Shown piece by piece: positions 1 to 10,051 of a stretch of DNA of 64,000 nucleotides. Under the pieces are notes generated by a model. It ran no database searches. It was not told the DNA's origin and was given only the letters and a program-made list of their open reading frames with translations. The DNA comes from Hormoscilla sp. (GTDB taxonomy: Bacteria; Cyanobacteriota; Cyanobacteriia; Cyanobacteriales; Desertifilaceae), in the NCBI GenBank assembly GCA_051439505.1, contig JBFRWI010000217.1:1-64000 (forward strand), given 5' to 3'. Made by a program: the position numbers and the translations under genes. How positions within the stretch are numbered: position 1 is the stretch's first letter; every line of letters begins with the position of its first letter.

Positions 1-3000
1 TCGCCCCGGCATCTTTTGCCAATAGAGCTGTTTGTAATTCCTCTAAGTCTGTGAAGGCATCCTCGACAAACTCTTGCAATAGTTCTAACTTAAACTCTTC
101 ATCTCCTCGCGTGATTTCTTCCAGGCGCTCGCTATCTACTGGCGATCGATCCTCGCTATCTACGGGTGAGTCACTATCGGGGATTGGCTCTTTGGCCTCT
201 AATGGTAGCCATCGAGAAATAACGGCTGACAAATCTGACATCGATACTGGTTTACTGAGGTAGTCATCCATGCCCGCTGCCAGACATTTTTCCCGATCGC
301 CCTTCATCGCATTTGCCGTCAGGCCGATCACAACCGCATGACGCTCATCACCTTCGCGTTCCCGCAGCAAGCGCGTTGCCTGGTAGCCGTCCAACACTGG
401 CATCTGACAATCCATCAACACAATTTCATACCACTCTTGCTCGATTGTATCAAGAAATTCTTGACCATTATTTACGCAATCAGCCTCGACACCCAGCTGT
501 CGCAACTGATTGAGTACCACCTTTTGATTGATGGGGGTATCTTCCACTAAGATAATTTTAATTTTAACAGCATGAAAATTTTGTGGGACATGATGTTCAC
601 GGTCACTTGCGTCCGACTGGGTACTCCCGACCACCTCCGATTTGCTGACCAGGGAACTCATTAAACAATCGTACAGCGACGATTCCTTGATGGGCTTGAG
701 TAAATAGCCGACAAACCCGATTTTCCGCACGCGGTCGGCGATGTCCCCCCCATCGAGAGAAGTCAGCAGAATTAACTTCGTCTGGGCCAAAGCAGGTTCG
801 TTTCCGATTAACTGCCCCAGCATTTCGCCGTTCATCTGGGGCATTTGCATGTCCAGCAACGCCACCTCGTAAGGTTTGCCTTCGGTCGCGGCGTCCCGTA
901 AAGCAGTAAGGGCGCTCTGGCCGTCTTCTGCTTCGGAAACTTCCATCCCCCAACTCGTGGCGAACAGGCGCACCACCTGGCGATTAGTGGCATTATCGTC
1001 CACTACCAACAGCTTCTTCCCGGTGATCACTTCTGTGGGAAAATCGATCGTCTCTTCCGACACGGGACTGCCGCATTCAGTTGCGATCGTAAACCAGAAG
1101 GTGGAACCAACCCCTTCTTCGCTTTCTATGCCAATTTCCCCACCCATCAACGTTATCAGCTGCTTGCAAATAGCCAGACCTAAACCCGTCCCCCCATATT
1201 TGCGGGTAGTGGAGGCGTCTACTTGGGAGAAAGATTTGAACAACTTTTTTCGAGCTGCTTTGGGAATGCCTATTCCCGTATCCCGGACGCTAAACCGCAG
1301 GTGGCATTGGTCGCCACAGGTATTATTCCGATCCGCGCAGGAGTTGACATTCGGTCTATCCACGCTAACTTGGATGACAATTTCTCCCGTTTCGGTGAAT
1401 TTGATGGCGTTGCCGATCAAGTTGGTGAAAATTTGACGCAGGCGAGCGGCATCAGCTTTGAGGAAACGCGGTACTTCTGGTTCGACGACCCCAGCTAATT
1501 CCAGACCTTTCGCAGCGGTTTGGGGCGCAAACAAATCCAGCAGGTTTTCCAGGAGCTTTTTGAGGTCGAAATCATGGGGATCCAGCCGCATTTCCCCAGC
1601 TTCCAGTTTAGAAAAGTCGAGAATGTCGTTAATAATCAACAGCAGGTTCTCGCCGCTGCTATAAAGCGTTTTCACAAAATCACGTTGCTGCTCGTTGAGG
1701 GGCGTTTTCAAGAGCAAATCCGTCATTCCCAGCACCCCGTTCATGGGGGTGCGGATTTCGTGGCTCATGTTGGCGAGGAATTGCGATTTCAGGCGGGCCG
1801 CTTCTAGGGCTGCTTCCCGCGCTTCTACCAATTCATTGATGATGTCTGTCACCATAACCATGCCGCCGATCGTACCATCAGGTTCGTACCAGGGTTGAAT
1901 TGCCCAGCGCAGATATATTTTACTGCCATCTTCCCGATCAAATAGATCTTCGGGATTCCCGATGACTTCCCCTTGTAAGGCTCGCTGATAAATACTTTGC
2001 CAGCGCTCTGGTAGATATGGGAATATTTCATAGTGGCTGCGACCAATCAGAGAGTCGTCAGTTAAATTATAATCGGCCAACCATTTATTAGAGTAAGCGA
2101 TATAGCACATTTGGCTGTCGAACATTGCCATTGCTACGGGAGCATTTCTGACAATTTGCCGCAGATGCTGGCGTTCTCGTTCTAATGCTGCTTGTGTCAG
2201 CTTGCGATCGGTAATATCTTCGGCTATTCCAGCTATCCGGTAGATTTGGCCCGCCTCGTTTTCAACGCCGAAGGCCCGATCGCGAATCCAACGAAGTTCT
2301 CCGGACCCTGTTATAATCCGATATTCTTGATCGTATTCCCCGCGCCCCTGTTGTGTCGAGGCCGAGACCATCCGATCGCGGTCTTCTGGATGGATAGCAT
2401 CCAACCATGTAGCGGGTTCCGCGTACAACTTTTCACAGGAGCGACCCCAGATTTTCTCATAGGCCGGACTCACGTAAATCATCTGGCTTTTAGCTGGGTT
2501 AGTCATCCAGAAGACGGCATTAATGTTTTCCGCCAACTGACGGAACCGTTCTTCGCTCTGGCGCAATGCTAATTCTGCCTGCTTGCGCTCGGTGATGTCG
2601 GTGAGAATGACTGTTAAGATAATTTCACCTTCTAAATACAGCTTGGAAATGGAGGCTTCTGCGGGAAATTCTGTCCCATCCCGGCGACGGGCTAAAATTT
2701 CTAGGCGATCGCCCATCCGCCGGGCCCTCTCGCTAGACTCCTGAAATCGATCGACATGCTGCCGATGAATGTGGGCCAACCTTTCGGGTAACAGGATATC
2801 CAGGGGCTGACCGATCGCCTCTGAGGGGCTATAGCCAAATTTTTTCACTGCGCCTTGGTTGAACAGAGTAATGCGTTGTCCGGCATCGATGGAAATCACC
2901 GCATCTGCCGCCAGATTGAGAATTCCTGCCAGTCGCGCTTCCGATTTTTGTAAAGCTTTCTGGGCGATGACGCGATCTGTGACATCCATTACTAACCCGA

Positions 3001-5002
3001 ATAGCCGTTCGACAACCCCACGGTCATTCTTTTGCGTTTCTCCCCAACCGCTAATATGTCTGATTGCGCCATCTGGGCGGATGATGCTAAAGTCAATTTG
3101 GTAAGATTTCCCCGTGGCGATCGCCTCTTGAACCATTTGGGCGTGGGGTTCCCGGTACTCGGGATGCAGCAGAAGCTGAAATTCATCTAATGTCGGTGCT
3201 GTACCCGGTTCGAGGCCGCAAATTCGGAAATATTCTGCCGACCAAGTCATGGTTTGGGTCGCCACATCAAATTCCCAATTACCGATATGGGCCATTCTTT
3301 GAGCTGCTTGCAGGTTCCGCGCCGTTTCGCGCAATTTCTCTTCTGCCAGTTTGCGATCGGTAATATCATTGAGGATCCCAGAAACCCCCTGTACCGTGGC
3401 ATCTTCAGCCTCTATCCGGTTGCCAAAAACTTCCACCCAACGAATCTTACCAACTGATGTCAGCCATCTCACCTCACAGCGATAATAATCCCTCTGGCAT
3501 GACATCAGTTGGGAAAATTCCTCTCGGGCTAAGGCCCGATCGCTCGGATGAATTGATTCCCACAATTGCTTGCCAATGCTTTCTGCTGTCGAGTACCCCA
3601 TTATTTCCGTCCAGGCCGGGTTAAGAAACTTCCACTCTCCCCTGGCATTGGTTTGAAAAATCACTTCCTTAACATTTTCTACCACCGAGCGATATTGAGT
3701 TTCGCTTTTCTGCAAAGCCGCCTCTGACTGCTGGCGTCCGATAATCTCTGTTTGCAGTTGCTCGTTCATTTGAGCTAACTTAGCCGTCCGCTCCTGCACC
3801 AACTCTTCTAAATGTCTCTGGTATCGCAGCAGTTCCTGTTCTCTTTCCATTTCCGAGGTGATGTTGCGGCATATACAGATTACTTGCTCTGACGAAATGG
3901 GCGATATCGTAGCCGCAAACCACACATCTTTTGACTCAATGGGCACACAATAGTCGCAGCTTACAGGTTCACCAGATTTGAGAGCTTCTTGGATACAACT
4001 GAGGAAAATCTCTACTAATTCTATGGGGAATACATTATGCAATGTATCGCCAATTAGCCGAATTTCTGCTTGTGAGAATAGCACCGGTTTAGTCGGAGCA
4101 ATTTCTAAATAATTTCCCTGGGCATCCCATACGAAAACCACATCCGTCATGCCAGCGAATACAGCTCGCAGTTGTGCATGTTCTGCTTGCAAAAGGTTTT
4201 CGGTGTAGACTCGCTCTGTGATATCCACAGCCCAGGATACCGCGCCCATAAAGTTGCCAGTCGAGTCTCTCAGGGGCGTGTGATACCACTGACAAGTAAT
4301 GTGGCGAAGATCTTTAGTGATATTTTCGTTAGTGCTGCAATAGTTACTATTGCTCGTTAATAAGTTATCCGGGTTGACTTGGGACTTGGCATTCTCTGGC
4401 ATCAGGAAAGACAAAGGTTGCCCGATCGCCTCCGAGGCGCTATAACCAAACATTGTGGATGCTGTCGGGTTCCAGGCAGTAATGGACAAATCCTGGTTCC
4501 ATTCAATGAAAGCGAGGGGAGTTTGTTCTATCAGCAGGGACAGCTTCTGGTTGGTGGATCTGAGCTGTTTTTCTATTTCGACGCGATCGCTAATATCTCT
4601 CTTCACGCCAATCAGTCCAATTACCTTACCTTCGCTGTCACGATAAGGACTTTTTTTGGTCAGATAGGTTCGCAGCACTCCCCCTGTCGGGATCTCCTCT
4701 TCTACCTCCTGAGTTTCTCCGGTCGCGATCGCCAGGCGATCTTGCTCCTGGATCCGGGCCGCCACCTCCGGAGGCAACAGTTGGGTATCGTCCTTGCCAA
4801 ATACTTCTTCGGTGGACAGGCCAAATATTTGAGCCGTGGCCGAGTTTAGCATCAAATACTGTCCGGAGAGATTTTTCAGAAAAATCGCATCGCTAGCGCC
4901 CTCCACCATGGCGTACAGCAGCTGATAGCTGTTCTCTAGTGCTGTTTCTATGTGCTGGTTAGAGAGGTTTTCCCTTTGCCGGTCAGTGCTTGGCTGGATC
5001 AT
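1..5002 (-). CDS. Multi-PAS hybrid sensor histidine kinase (about 8 PAS, HisKA, HATPase, 2 REC, Hpt); 3' end outside window
   Basis: Translated by hand from ATG at 5002. H-box FLANMSHEIRTPMNG near 1740-1790. REC motifs LLVVDDNATNR and LVEDTPINQ...LMDCQMP. Hpt start near 140. Frame is consistent at all points checked; missing from the ORF track because no stop lies in the window. Confidence 0.9.
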   Translation of the reverse strand, partial: MIQPSTDRQRENLSNQHIETALENSYQLLYAMVEGASDAIFLKNLSGQYLMLNSATAQIFGLSTEEVFGKDDTQLLPPEVAARIQEQDRLAIATGETQEVEEEIPTGGVLRTYLTKKSPYRDSEGKVIGLIGVKRDISDRVEIEKQLRSTNQKLSLLIEQTPLAFIEWNQDLSITAWNPTASTMFGYSASEAIGQPLSFLMPENAKSQVNPDNLLTSNSNYCSTNENITKDLRHITCQWYHTPLRDSTGNFMGAVSWAVDITERVYTENLLQAEHAQLRAVFAGMTDVVFVWDAQGNYLEIAPTKPVLFSQAEIRLIGDTLHNVFPIELVEIFLSCIQEALKSGEPVSCDYCVPIESKDVWFAATISPISSEQVICICRNITSEMEREQELLRYQRHLEELVQERTAKLAQMNEQLQTEIIGRQQSEAALQKSETQYRSVVENVKEVIFQTNARGEWKFLNPAWTEIMGYSTAESIGKQLWESIHPSDRALAREEFSQLMSCQRDYYRCEVRWLTSVGKIRWVEVFGNRIEAEDATVQGVSGILNDITDRKLAEEKLRETARNLQAAQRMAHIGNWEFDVATQTMTWSAEYFRICGLEPGTAPTLDEFQLLLHPEYREPHAQMVQEAIATGKSYQIDFSIIRPDGAIRHISGWGETQKNDRGVVERLFGLVMDVTDRVIAQKALQKSEARLAGILNLAADAVISIDAGQRITLFNQGAVKKFGYSPSEAIGQPLDILLPERLAHIHRQHVDRFQESSERARRMGDRLEILARRRDGTEFPAEASISKLYLEGEIILTVILTDITERKQAELALRQSEERFRQLAENINAVFWMTNPAKSQMIYVSPAYEKIWGRSCEKLYAEPATWLDAIHPEDRDRMVSASTQQGRGEYDQEYRIITGSGELRWIRDRAFGVENEAGQIYRIAGIAEDITDRKLTQAALERERQHLRQIVRNAPVAMAMFDSQMCYIAYSNKWLADYNLTDDSLIGRSHYEIFPYLPERWQSIYQRALQGEVIGNPEDLFDREDGSKIYLRWAIQPWYEPDGTIGGMVMVTDIINELVEAREAALEAARLKSQFLANMSHEIRTPMNGVLGMTDLLLKTPLNEQQRDFVKTLYSSGENLLLIINDILDFSKLEAGEMRLDPHDFDLKKLLENLLDLFAPQTAAKGLELAGVVEPEVPRFLKADAARLRQIFTNLIGNAIKFTETGEIVIQVSVDRPNVNSCADRNNTCGDQCHLRFSVRDTGIGIPKAARKKLFKSFSQVDASTTRKYGGTGLGLAICKQLITLMGGEIGIESEEGVGSTFWFTIATECGSPVSEETIDFPTEVITGKKLLVVDDNATNRQVVRLFATSWGMEVSEAEDGQSALTALRDAATEGKPYEVALLDMQMPQMNGEMLGQLIGNEPALAQTKLILLTSLDGGDIADRVRKIGFVGYLLKPIKESSLYDCLMSSLVSKSEVVGSTQSDASDREHHVPQNFHAVKIKIILVEDTPINQKVVLNQLRQLGVEADCVNNGQEFLDTIEQEWYEIVLMDCQMPVLDGYQATRLLREREGDERHAVVIGLTANAMKGDREKCLAAGMDDYLSKPVSMSDLSAVISRWLPLEAKEPIPDSDSPVDSEDRSPVDSERLEEITRGDEEFKLELLQEFVEDAFTDLEELQTALLAKDAGA

Positions 5003-5186
5003 AAGTATTTATACCTAATACTTTTGGTAGCTCGTATTTATCTATAAATCTAGGCTACTGGAATTTGGGTGAAAGTGGAACTGGCCACAAATTTCGAGCG
5101 GTCCTGGGTCGCGCATCCGTCCTTTGTGCTGCCTCGTTTCACCTCACATCTGGTGGCCCTGGGGTAACAGCTGCACTACCCGATCG

Positions 5187-5228
5187 CGAGACCGCCCATA
5201 AGATCATAGTATCTCATGGGCGGTCTCG
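5187..5228. terminator. Hairpin downstream of wza, probable terminator
   Basis: 13-bp inverted repeat CGAGACCGCCCAT / ATGGGCGGTCTCG. Confidence 0.5.
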
Positions 5229-5245
5229 TAACACAGGGGAAAATG

Positions 5246-5280
5246 GCTAATTGCTAATTGCTAATTGCTAATTGCTAATT
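5246..5280. repeat. STRR-type heptamer tandem repeat (GCTAATT)x5
   Basis: Read directly. Related heptamer runs at 7074-7136, about 29841-29868, 41563-41600, 56788-56820 and 60723-60753. Confidence 0.9.
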
Positions 5281-5312
5281 GACATAACTAATTTTAATTT
5301 TTCGATTAGCCA

Positions 5313-6716
5313 TCAATCAAAAATTCGCAAAAAGTTAAAGATCGAGAAAATACCTCCCAAAGGACTGGTAATGGTTCCCAGGGTATCAGAAACGCCAGCT
5401 AGGGTCGATCGCCTGACGACAATGACATCATTATGCCGCAGAGTGGGATTGGTGCGATCGCTAATCCCGGCAGCCAAATCGATTTTAATTTTGCGTTTAT
5501 CAACTGTACCATTAGGATTGAGGCGAATCAACTCTACGGATGCTTTACTTGCCCGCCGGTTGTCAAATCCTCCTGCTGCTAGCAGGGCTTGATTGAGGGG
5601 GGTATTAGGGGGAACTTCTACAATACCAGGTTGGGGGACTTCTCCAACTACATTCACATTAATTGTATCGGGAGAAAAGCTAGCCGCTGCTAAGGAAGGT
5701 GCTTCTGTTGAGGAAATTCTCAGGGCTGTGGGAATGACGATCGTATCTCCATCATGCAAGATGGCATCTTGACTGAGGTCTCCTGCTTGTAACAGTTCCC
5801 ACAAATTGAGAGAAATTACCCGGGCGTTTCCCGCGCGATCGGCGCGGCGGACCTGGATGCGGCGAATGTCAGCTTGCTGGGTAATTCCGCCTGCTTGGGC
5901 GATCGCCTCTGTCAAGGTGGGCGGACTGCTGCGGATGCGATCGCGATCGATTCTAATTTCTTGTGGTTTAATAGTATAAGCTCCCGGACGGGACACTTCT
6001 CCCACCAGAGCAATTTTCAGGGGTGGGGTGATTTGTGGGGCAAAGCTAGCAGCTGCTAGTTGACGATTTCGCTCCAGATCGATATTGCTGGCGGTGGGCA
6101 CAATAATTGTATCCCCATCCCGCAAGCTAAGATCGAAAGCGGAGTTAGAATTCTGAAATAATTCCCACAAAGAAACGATGAAAAGTTGCTCTTTTCCTTG
6201 AAACATTCGCCGCAGTTGGACTTGGCGGACATCAGCGGTTCCTGTGAGACCGCCTGCTAACCTAACTGCTTCGGTGATGGTGGGAAATTGTCTATCGGCG
6301 GTGAGGGCAACTGTGTAAAACCCCGGACTATTTACTTCTCCAGAGATGCCAATTTTTACGGGACGGGGGGCGAGAAGATTAACTGTCACTAAAGGTCGAA
6401 GTACAAAGGGCCCATACTGTTGAGAAATAAATTGCGTCACCTGGGGTATTGTCAGTCCTCTGACTAGCAAGCTGCCGATGACTGGCAGGTTGATGGTGCC
6501 GTCGATTAATACTTGGTATTCGTTGCTGTATTCTGGCACGTCAAATACTTCCACGCGCACCCGATCGCCCGCTCCTAGGGTATAAGCTGTTTCCGGAATA
6601 ACTTGGGTAACAATTTCCGGGCTTTGTGGCCTGGCAGCAATTTGCGCGATCGCCACATTATCGAAAGCAAAACAACACAAGTACAAAGTTAAAAATAAGG
6701 ATATTTGCTTGTTCAT
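5313..6716 (-). CDS. wza: Wza/OPX polysaccharide export protein with SLBB repeats
   Basis: YTLGAGDRVRVEVF...DGTINLPVIG poly-export motif and three SLBB-like repeats. Start set at MNKQ (signal peptide). Confidence 0.9.
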   Translation of the reverse strand: MNKQISLFLTLYLCCFAFDNVAIAQIAARPQSPEIVTQVIPETAYTLGAGDRVRVEVFDVPEYSNEYQVLIDGTINLPVIGSLLVRGLTIPQVTQFISQQYGPFVLRPLVTVNLLAPRPVKIGISGEVNSPGFYTVALTADRQFPTITEAVRLAGGLTGTADVRQVQLRRMFQGKEQLFIVSLWELFQNSNSAFDLSLRDGDTIIVPTASNIDLERNRQLAAASFAPQITPPLKIALVGEVSRPGAYTIKPQEIRIDRDRIRSSPPTLTEAIAQAGGITQQADIRRIQVRRADRAGNARVISLNLWELLQAGDLSQDAILHDGDTIVIPTALRISSTEAPSLAAASFSPDTINVNVVGEVPQPGIVEVPPNTPLNQALLAAGGFDNRRASKASVELIRLNPNGTVDKRKIKIDLAAGISDRTNPTLRHNDVIVVRRSTLAGVSDTLGTITSPLGGIFSIFNFLRIFD

Positions 6717-6758
6717 GGTTTCTCGTTCATTTGAGATTGATAAATGTAGGGTGGACAA

Positions 6759-7052
6759 CAATACTTCAAGGGATACAACCTGTCCGGAGCGAGGGGGGGC
6801 CCAAACCGACATTGTAGGGATCGCCGCGATCAGACCCCCGTAGCGCTCCTGCGTCGCGCACTTCGTAAAAGCGCAGCGGCCCGACGCAGGAGGGCTAGCA
6901 ATCTCCCCGACGACGCAGGATCCCTATTCATCCCATACAGGGCGGGGATTGCTTCGGGGGGGGGGTTATCTAAATTGAGCAGGCCGTTAATCGCGGGAGT
7001 ACCCCCCCTCGCAATGACAAATAAAAATAAAATGCTTAACCGAGAAATATTG
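6759..7052. mobile_element. MITE with 10-bp target-site duplication between wzc and wza
   Basis: GGGTGGACAA at both 6749-6758 and 7053-7062. Right TIR CTTAACCGAGAAATATTG; left TIR degenerate (CAATACTTC). Same TIR family as 43487-43718. Confidence 0.7.
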
Positions 7053-7119
7053 GGGTGGACAATACCTTTGGACATTAGCAATTAGCAATTAGCAATTAGC
7101 AATTAGCCATTCTCAATTC

Positions 7120-9366
7120 TCAATTCTCAATTCTTAATTCAGGCGATCGGGAAGCATAGTATCGCTGATAGTAGTAGCCATAGGAGTGAGAGGTATAGCG
7201 TTTAACACCATTGGCAACCACGCCCAAAACCGAAGTATGAGACTGTTTTAGTCCGTCTAAAACCTGCTTCAGAACTGACCTGTCAGTTTGACCCAACCCG
7301 ACTACCATGACAATTCCTCCTGTATGAACTGCTAGCAGTTTTGCATCTGCGAGACCGGCCAGGGGAGGAGTATCGAAAATTACTAAATCAAATAAATTTT
7401 GTAATTGTTCGATCAAGTTTCGCATCTTTTGGGAGGAGAGTAGTCGGGTGGGGTCTGGCGGTACTTGACCAGCAGTTAACACGTACAGGTTGTCTTCAGC
7501 AGGCGATCGCTGGGTGACTTCCTGCAAGTCTAAAGAGTCTGTAGAAATCAGATTACTCAGTCCCCAAGCATTGGGCAGATCGGTCATCATATGAATGGCA
7601 GGACGACGCAAGTCTGCATCTACCAACAACACTCTGCGCCCCATTATAGCAGCTGCTTGGGCTAGGTTTAAGGCAATAGTTGATTTACCTTCTGAGGGTA
7701 AAGCCGAACTGATAACTAGAGATTGCAGGGGCCGATCGGGACTGAGAAATTGCAGATCGGCATGCAAAGAACGGAAAGCCTCCTCAAAGACAGAAACCCG
7801 ATATCTACCATAAGACTCTAGTGAGGGTTGTCGATCGGGCTGCCCTTTCTGCTTGAGTTTTTTCCTAAATGGAATCATGCCTAAAATTGCTAGTCCCGTG
7901 CCGTCTTTAATCTCATCTGAGGAGTGAAACTTATTGTCCAGCTTTTCCGCTAATAAAGCCGCTCCGGCGCCACCCAGTAATCCGGCGATCGCCCCTAAGA
8001 GTAAACTGCGGGGTACATTGGGGGAGGTGGGGTCTTCCGGCGCTGCTATTTCCGAAATTAACTGCCAGGGCAAAGCTGTTTGTGCTGCTTCAATTTCCAG
8101 GTTTTCCCGCACTTCCAAAAAGCGATTCAAACTTTCCGTTGCTACTTCCAGCGAGCGTTGTAAATCAGTATATTGGCGGGAAATAATTGCCAATTGCTGC
8201 ATTTGCTGACCCAGTACATCTTCTGCTTGAGCGATCGCCCAGTTGCGAGCCACCAGCACCTGCATTTCATTGATGGTCTCTATCTGCTTGCCAGTCAGTT
8301 CTAGGCGAATTGAATTAGGAGAAGCCAATGCTCCCACATTTCCTGCTACCTCTGCAAATTTGCTGCCCAGCACTGCTTGAGCTTCTTGTGCTAACAAAGG
8401 TAACAAATTGTTGCGCTGTTCTTGCAACCTTTGCACGATCGGATTAATTTTAGTTAACCGCGCTGATTCGATCGCGATCTGACTTTCTACCTCTTGTAAC
8501 TGGTTGAGTAACTGTTGGTAGCGCGGGGCTTCACTCAGGGCCGTGTAGACGATCGCCCGGTCCAGGTCTACCCCCAATTGTTTTTGCAGTCTTGCTAACA
8601 GGGACTGAGTTTCCACTAACTGGGATCTCGTTTCTTGTCGTTGCTGCGCCAAATTGCTAATGCGCCCGGACAACAGCCTCCCCTGAACTTCTGGCTCAAT
8701 TAAATTATGTTTTTGGCGAAAGCTTTGTAAATTTTCTTGCAGTTTATCCACTCGCTGTTGGAGGATGGGCAACTGTCTATTGACAAATTCCAATCCCTGT
8801 CGCAGGCTAGTTTGCTGCTCGCTCAGAGAGTATTTGATATAGCTATTGGCAAATTCGTCTAAGACAAATTTAATCTTTTCTGGAGCTGTATCGTTATAAC
8901 TAACCTCTAAAATTTTCGTTTCTCTAAATCTGTTAATTCTCAAGTTGCGCCGAATTGACTCTTCATCAACCTCGGGATACTGAGATTGAATTTCCTTCAG
9001 GGTAGGAGCCATGACTTGAGGACTCCAGAGTACCTGAATTTGTGTATCATAATCCAGGGTAGGCTCTGGCCTCCCAGCATTTTTGGCCAGGGTTGGGGCC
9101 AGGCGATCGAAATTTTCTTCACCTTTAACTGATTCTACTAATAGCTGAAACTTCCCCTCATAAACTGGTTCTTGAGTCAAGACCTTAGCTAAAACTCCAG
9201 AACTAACGGCGAGGCTCACCCCTGACAGCAAGAAGGCACGGCGACGGGCCACAGATAATAGCTGACGTAGATTTAAACCATCTTCATCAGGCTGGGGCAA
9301 GGGAATAGCATAGGGTGGATATTGTTCGTTCCCGTTATGTAATAAGGAATCTTCAGAAGCAACCAT
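7120..9366 (-). CDS. wzc: Wzc/GumC polysaccharide co-polymerase with BY-kinase domain
   Basis: Two TM segments around a coiled coil, Walker A SSALPSEGKST, LVDADLR, FDTPP, and C-terminal tyrosine cluster YTSHSYGYYYQRYY. Confidence 0.93.
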   Translation of the reverse strand: MVASEDSLLHNGNEQYPPYAIPLPQPDEDGLNLRQLLSVARRRAFLLSGVSLAVSSGVLAKVLTQEPVYEGKFQLLVESVKGEENFDRLAPTLAKNAGRPEPTLDYDTQIQVLWSPQVMAPTLKEIQSQYPEVDEESIRRNLRINRFRETKILEVSYNDTAPEKIKFVLDEFANSYIKYSLSEQQTSLRQGLEFVNRQLPILQQRVDKLQENLQSFRQKHNLIEPEVQGRLLSGRISNLAQQRQETRSQLVETQSLLARLQKQLGVDLDRAIVYTALSEAPRYQQLLNQLQEVESQIAIESARLTKINPIVQRLQEQRNNLLPLLAQEAQAVLGSKFAEVAGNVGALASPNSIRLELTGKQIETINEMQVLVARNWAIAQAEDVLGQQMQQLAIISRQYTDLQRSLEVATESLNRFLEVRENLEIEAAQTALPWQLISEIAAPEDPTSPNVPRSLLLGAIAGLLGGAGAALLAEKLDNKFHSSDEIKDGTGLAILGMIPFRKKLKQKGQPDRQPSLESYGRYRVSVFEEAFRSLHADLQFLSPDRPLQSLVISSALPSEGKSTIALNLAQAAAIMGRRVLLVDADLRRPAIHMMTDLPNAWGLSNLISTDSLDLQEVTQRSPAEDNLYVLTAGQVPPDPTRLLSSQKMRNLIEQLQNLFDLVIFDTPPLAGLADAKLLAVHTGGIVMVVGLGQTDRSVLKQVLDGLKQSHTSVLGVVANGVKRYTSHSYGYYYQRYYASRSPELRIEN

Positions 9367-9443
9367 ATTGTAACAGTTGGTAGTTGTCAGTTTTCAGATA
9401 TACTGCGAAAGGTCAGGAACTGCGCTTCACAAAGCAGCTAATA

Positions 9444-9603
9444 TGTCATTGCGAGGGGGGGGGCAAATTGAGAGATCCTTGTGCGAGAGGAAGTAACTCC
9501 CCCCCCCGAAGCAATCTCCTGCGAGCGTGTGGGAGATTGCTTCGGGGGTCTTAAGTAAAAGCATACCACAGTGGAGGTTTTGGGATCCCCCCTCGCAATG
9601 ACA
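9444..9603. repeat. Palindromic REP/MITE-like element (TGTCATTGCGAGGGGG...CCCCCTCGCAATGACA)
   Basis: Terminal inverted repeats plus an inner CCCCGAAGCAATC/GATTGCTTCGGGG pair. Related copies at about 6946-7019 and 43514-43696. Confidence 0.8.
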
Positions 9604-9685
9604 CGTTTTTCTCCATTTTGCGCAAGTCGATACCTTTCAAAGTATAAAATATTTAATCATGCTTGTTAAGTGATACATCAGGAAA

Positions 9686-10027
9686 TTACCAAATCCGCAA
9701 TGCTCGCGAACGTCTCAATTGTTCCGCTTGCTCCCTGTTCAGGCTATTTAAGAAATCTTTGGTCTCCTGGATGGCGCGATCGAGTCCCTGAGCGTCACTG
9801 GAAATATAGGCATTTTCTAACTCTTGGGATAACTGTCTGGCAGTATTGATAATCTCAGGACTTATCGGGCTATCAGCACCCACAAATGTAGGTGCAGGAC
9901 TGTTCCAAACATTTGCTCCCGAGAAATCCTCTTGCAGTCCAAAATTCGCCCTAGCTGAATTCATACCAATGCCTGATAAAATCAGGGAAAGACCAATAAG
10001 GCAACTGCTCTTAATTATGGCGTGCAT
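9686..10027 (-). CDS. Small secreted hypothetical protein
   Basis: 113-aa ORF with signal-peptide-like N terminus; AGGAGG upstream on the minus strand. Confidence 0.7.
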   Translation of the reverse strand: MHAIIKSSCLIGLSLILSGIGMNSARANFGLQEDFSGANVWNSPAPTFVGADSPISPEIINTARQLSQELENAYISSDAQGLDRAIQETKDFLNSLNREQAEQLRRSRALRIW

Positions 10028-10051
10028 TACTTTTCCTCCTTTAAAAACTAA

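Noticed and set aside
51..4849. Many short plus-strand ORFs
   Set aside because: Antisense shadows of the minus-strand histidine kinase
6717..7081. N-terminal extension of Wza and an 83-aa ORF
   Set aside because: Both fall in the MITE and STRR sequence
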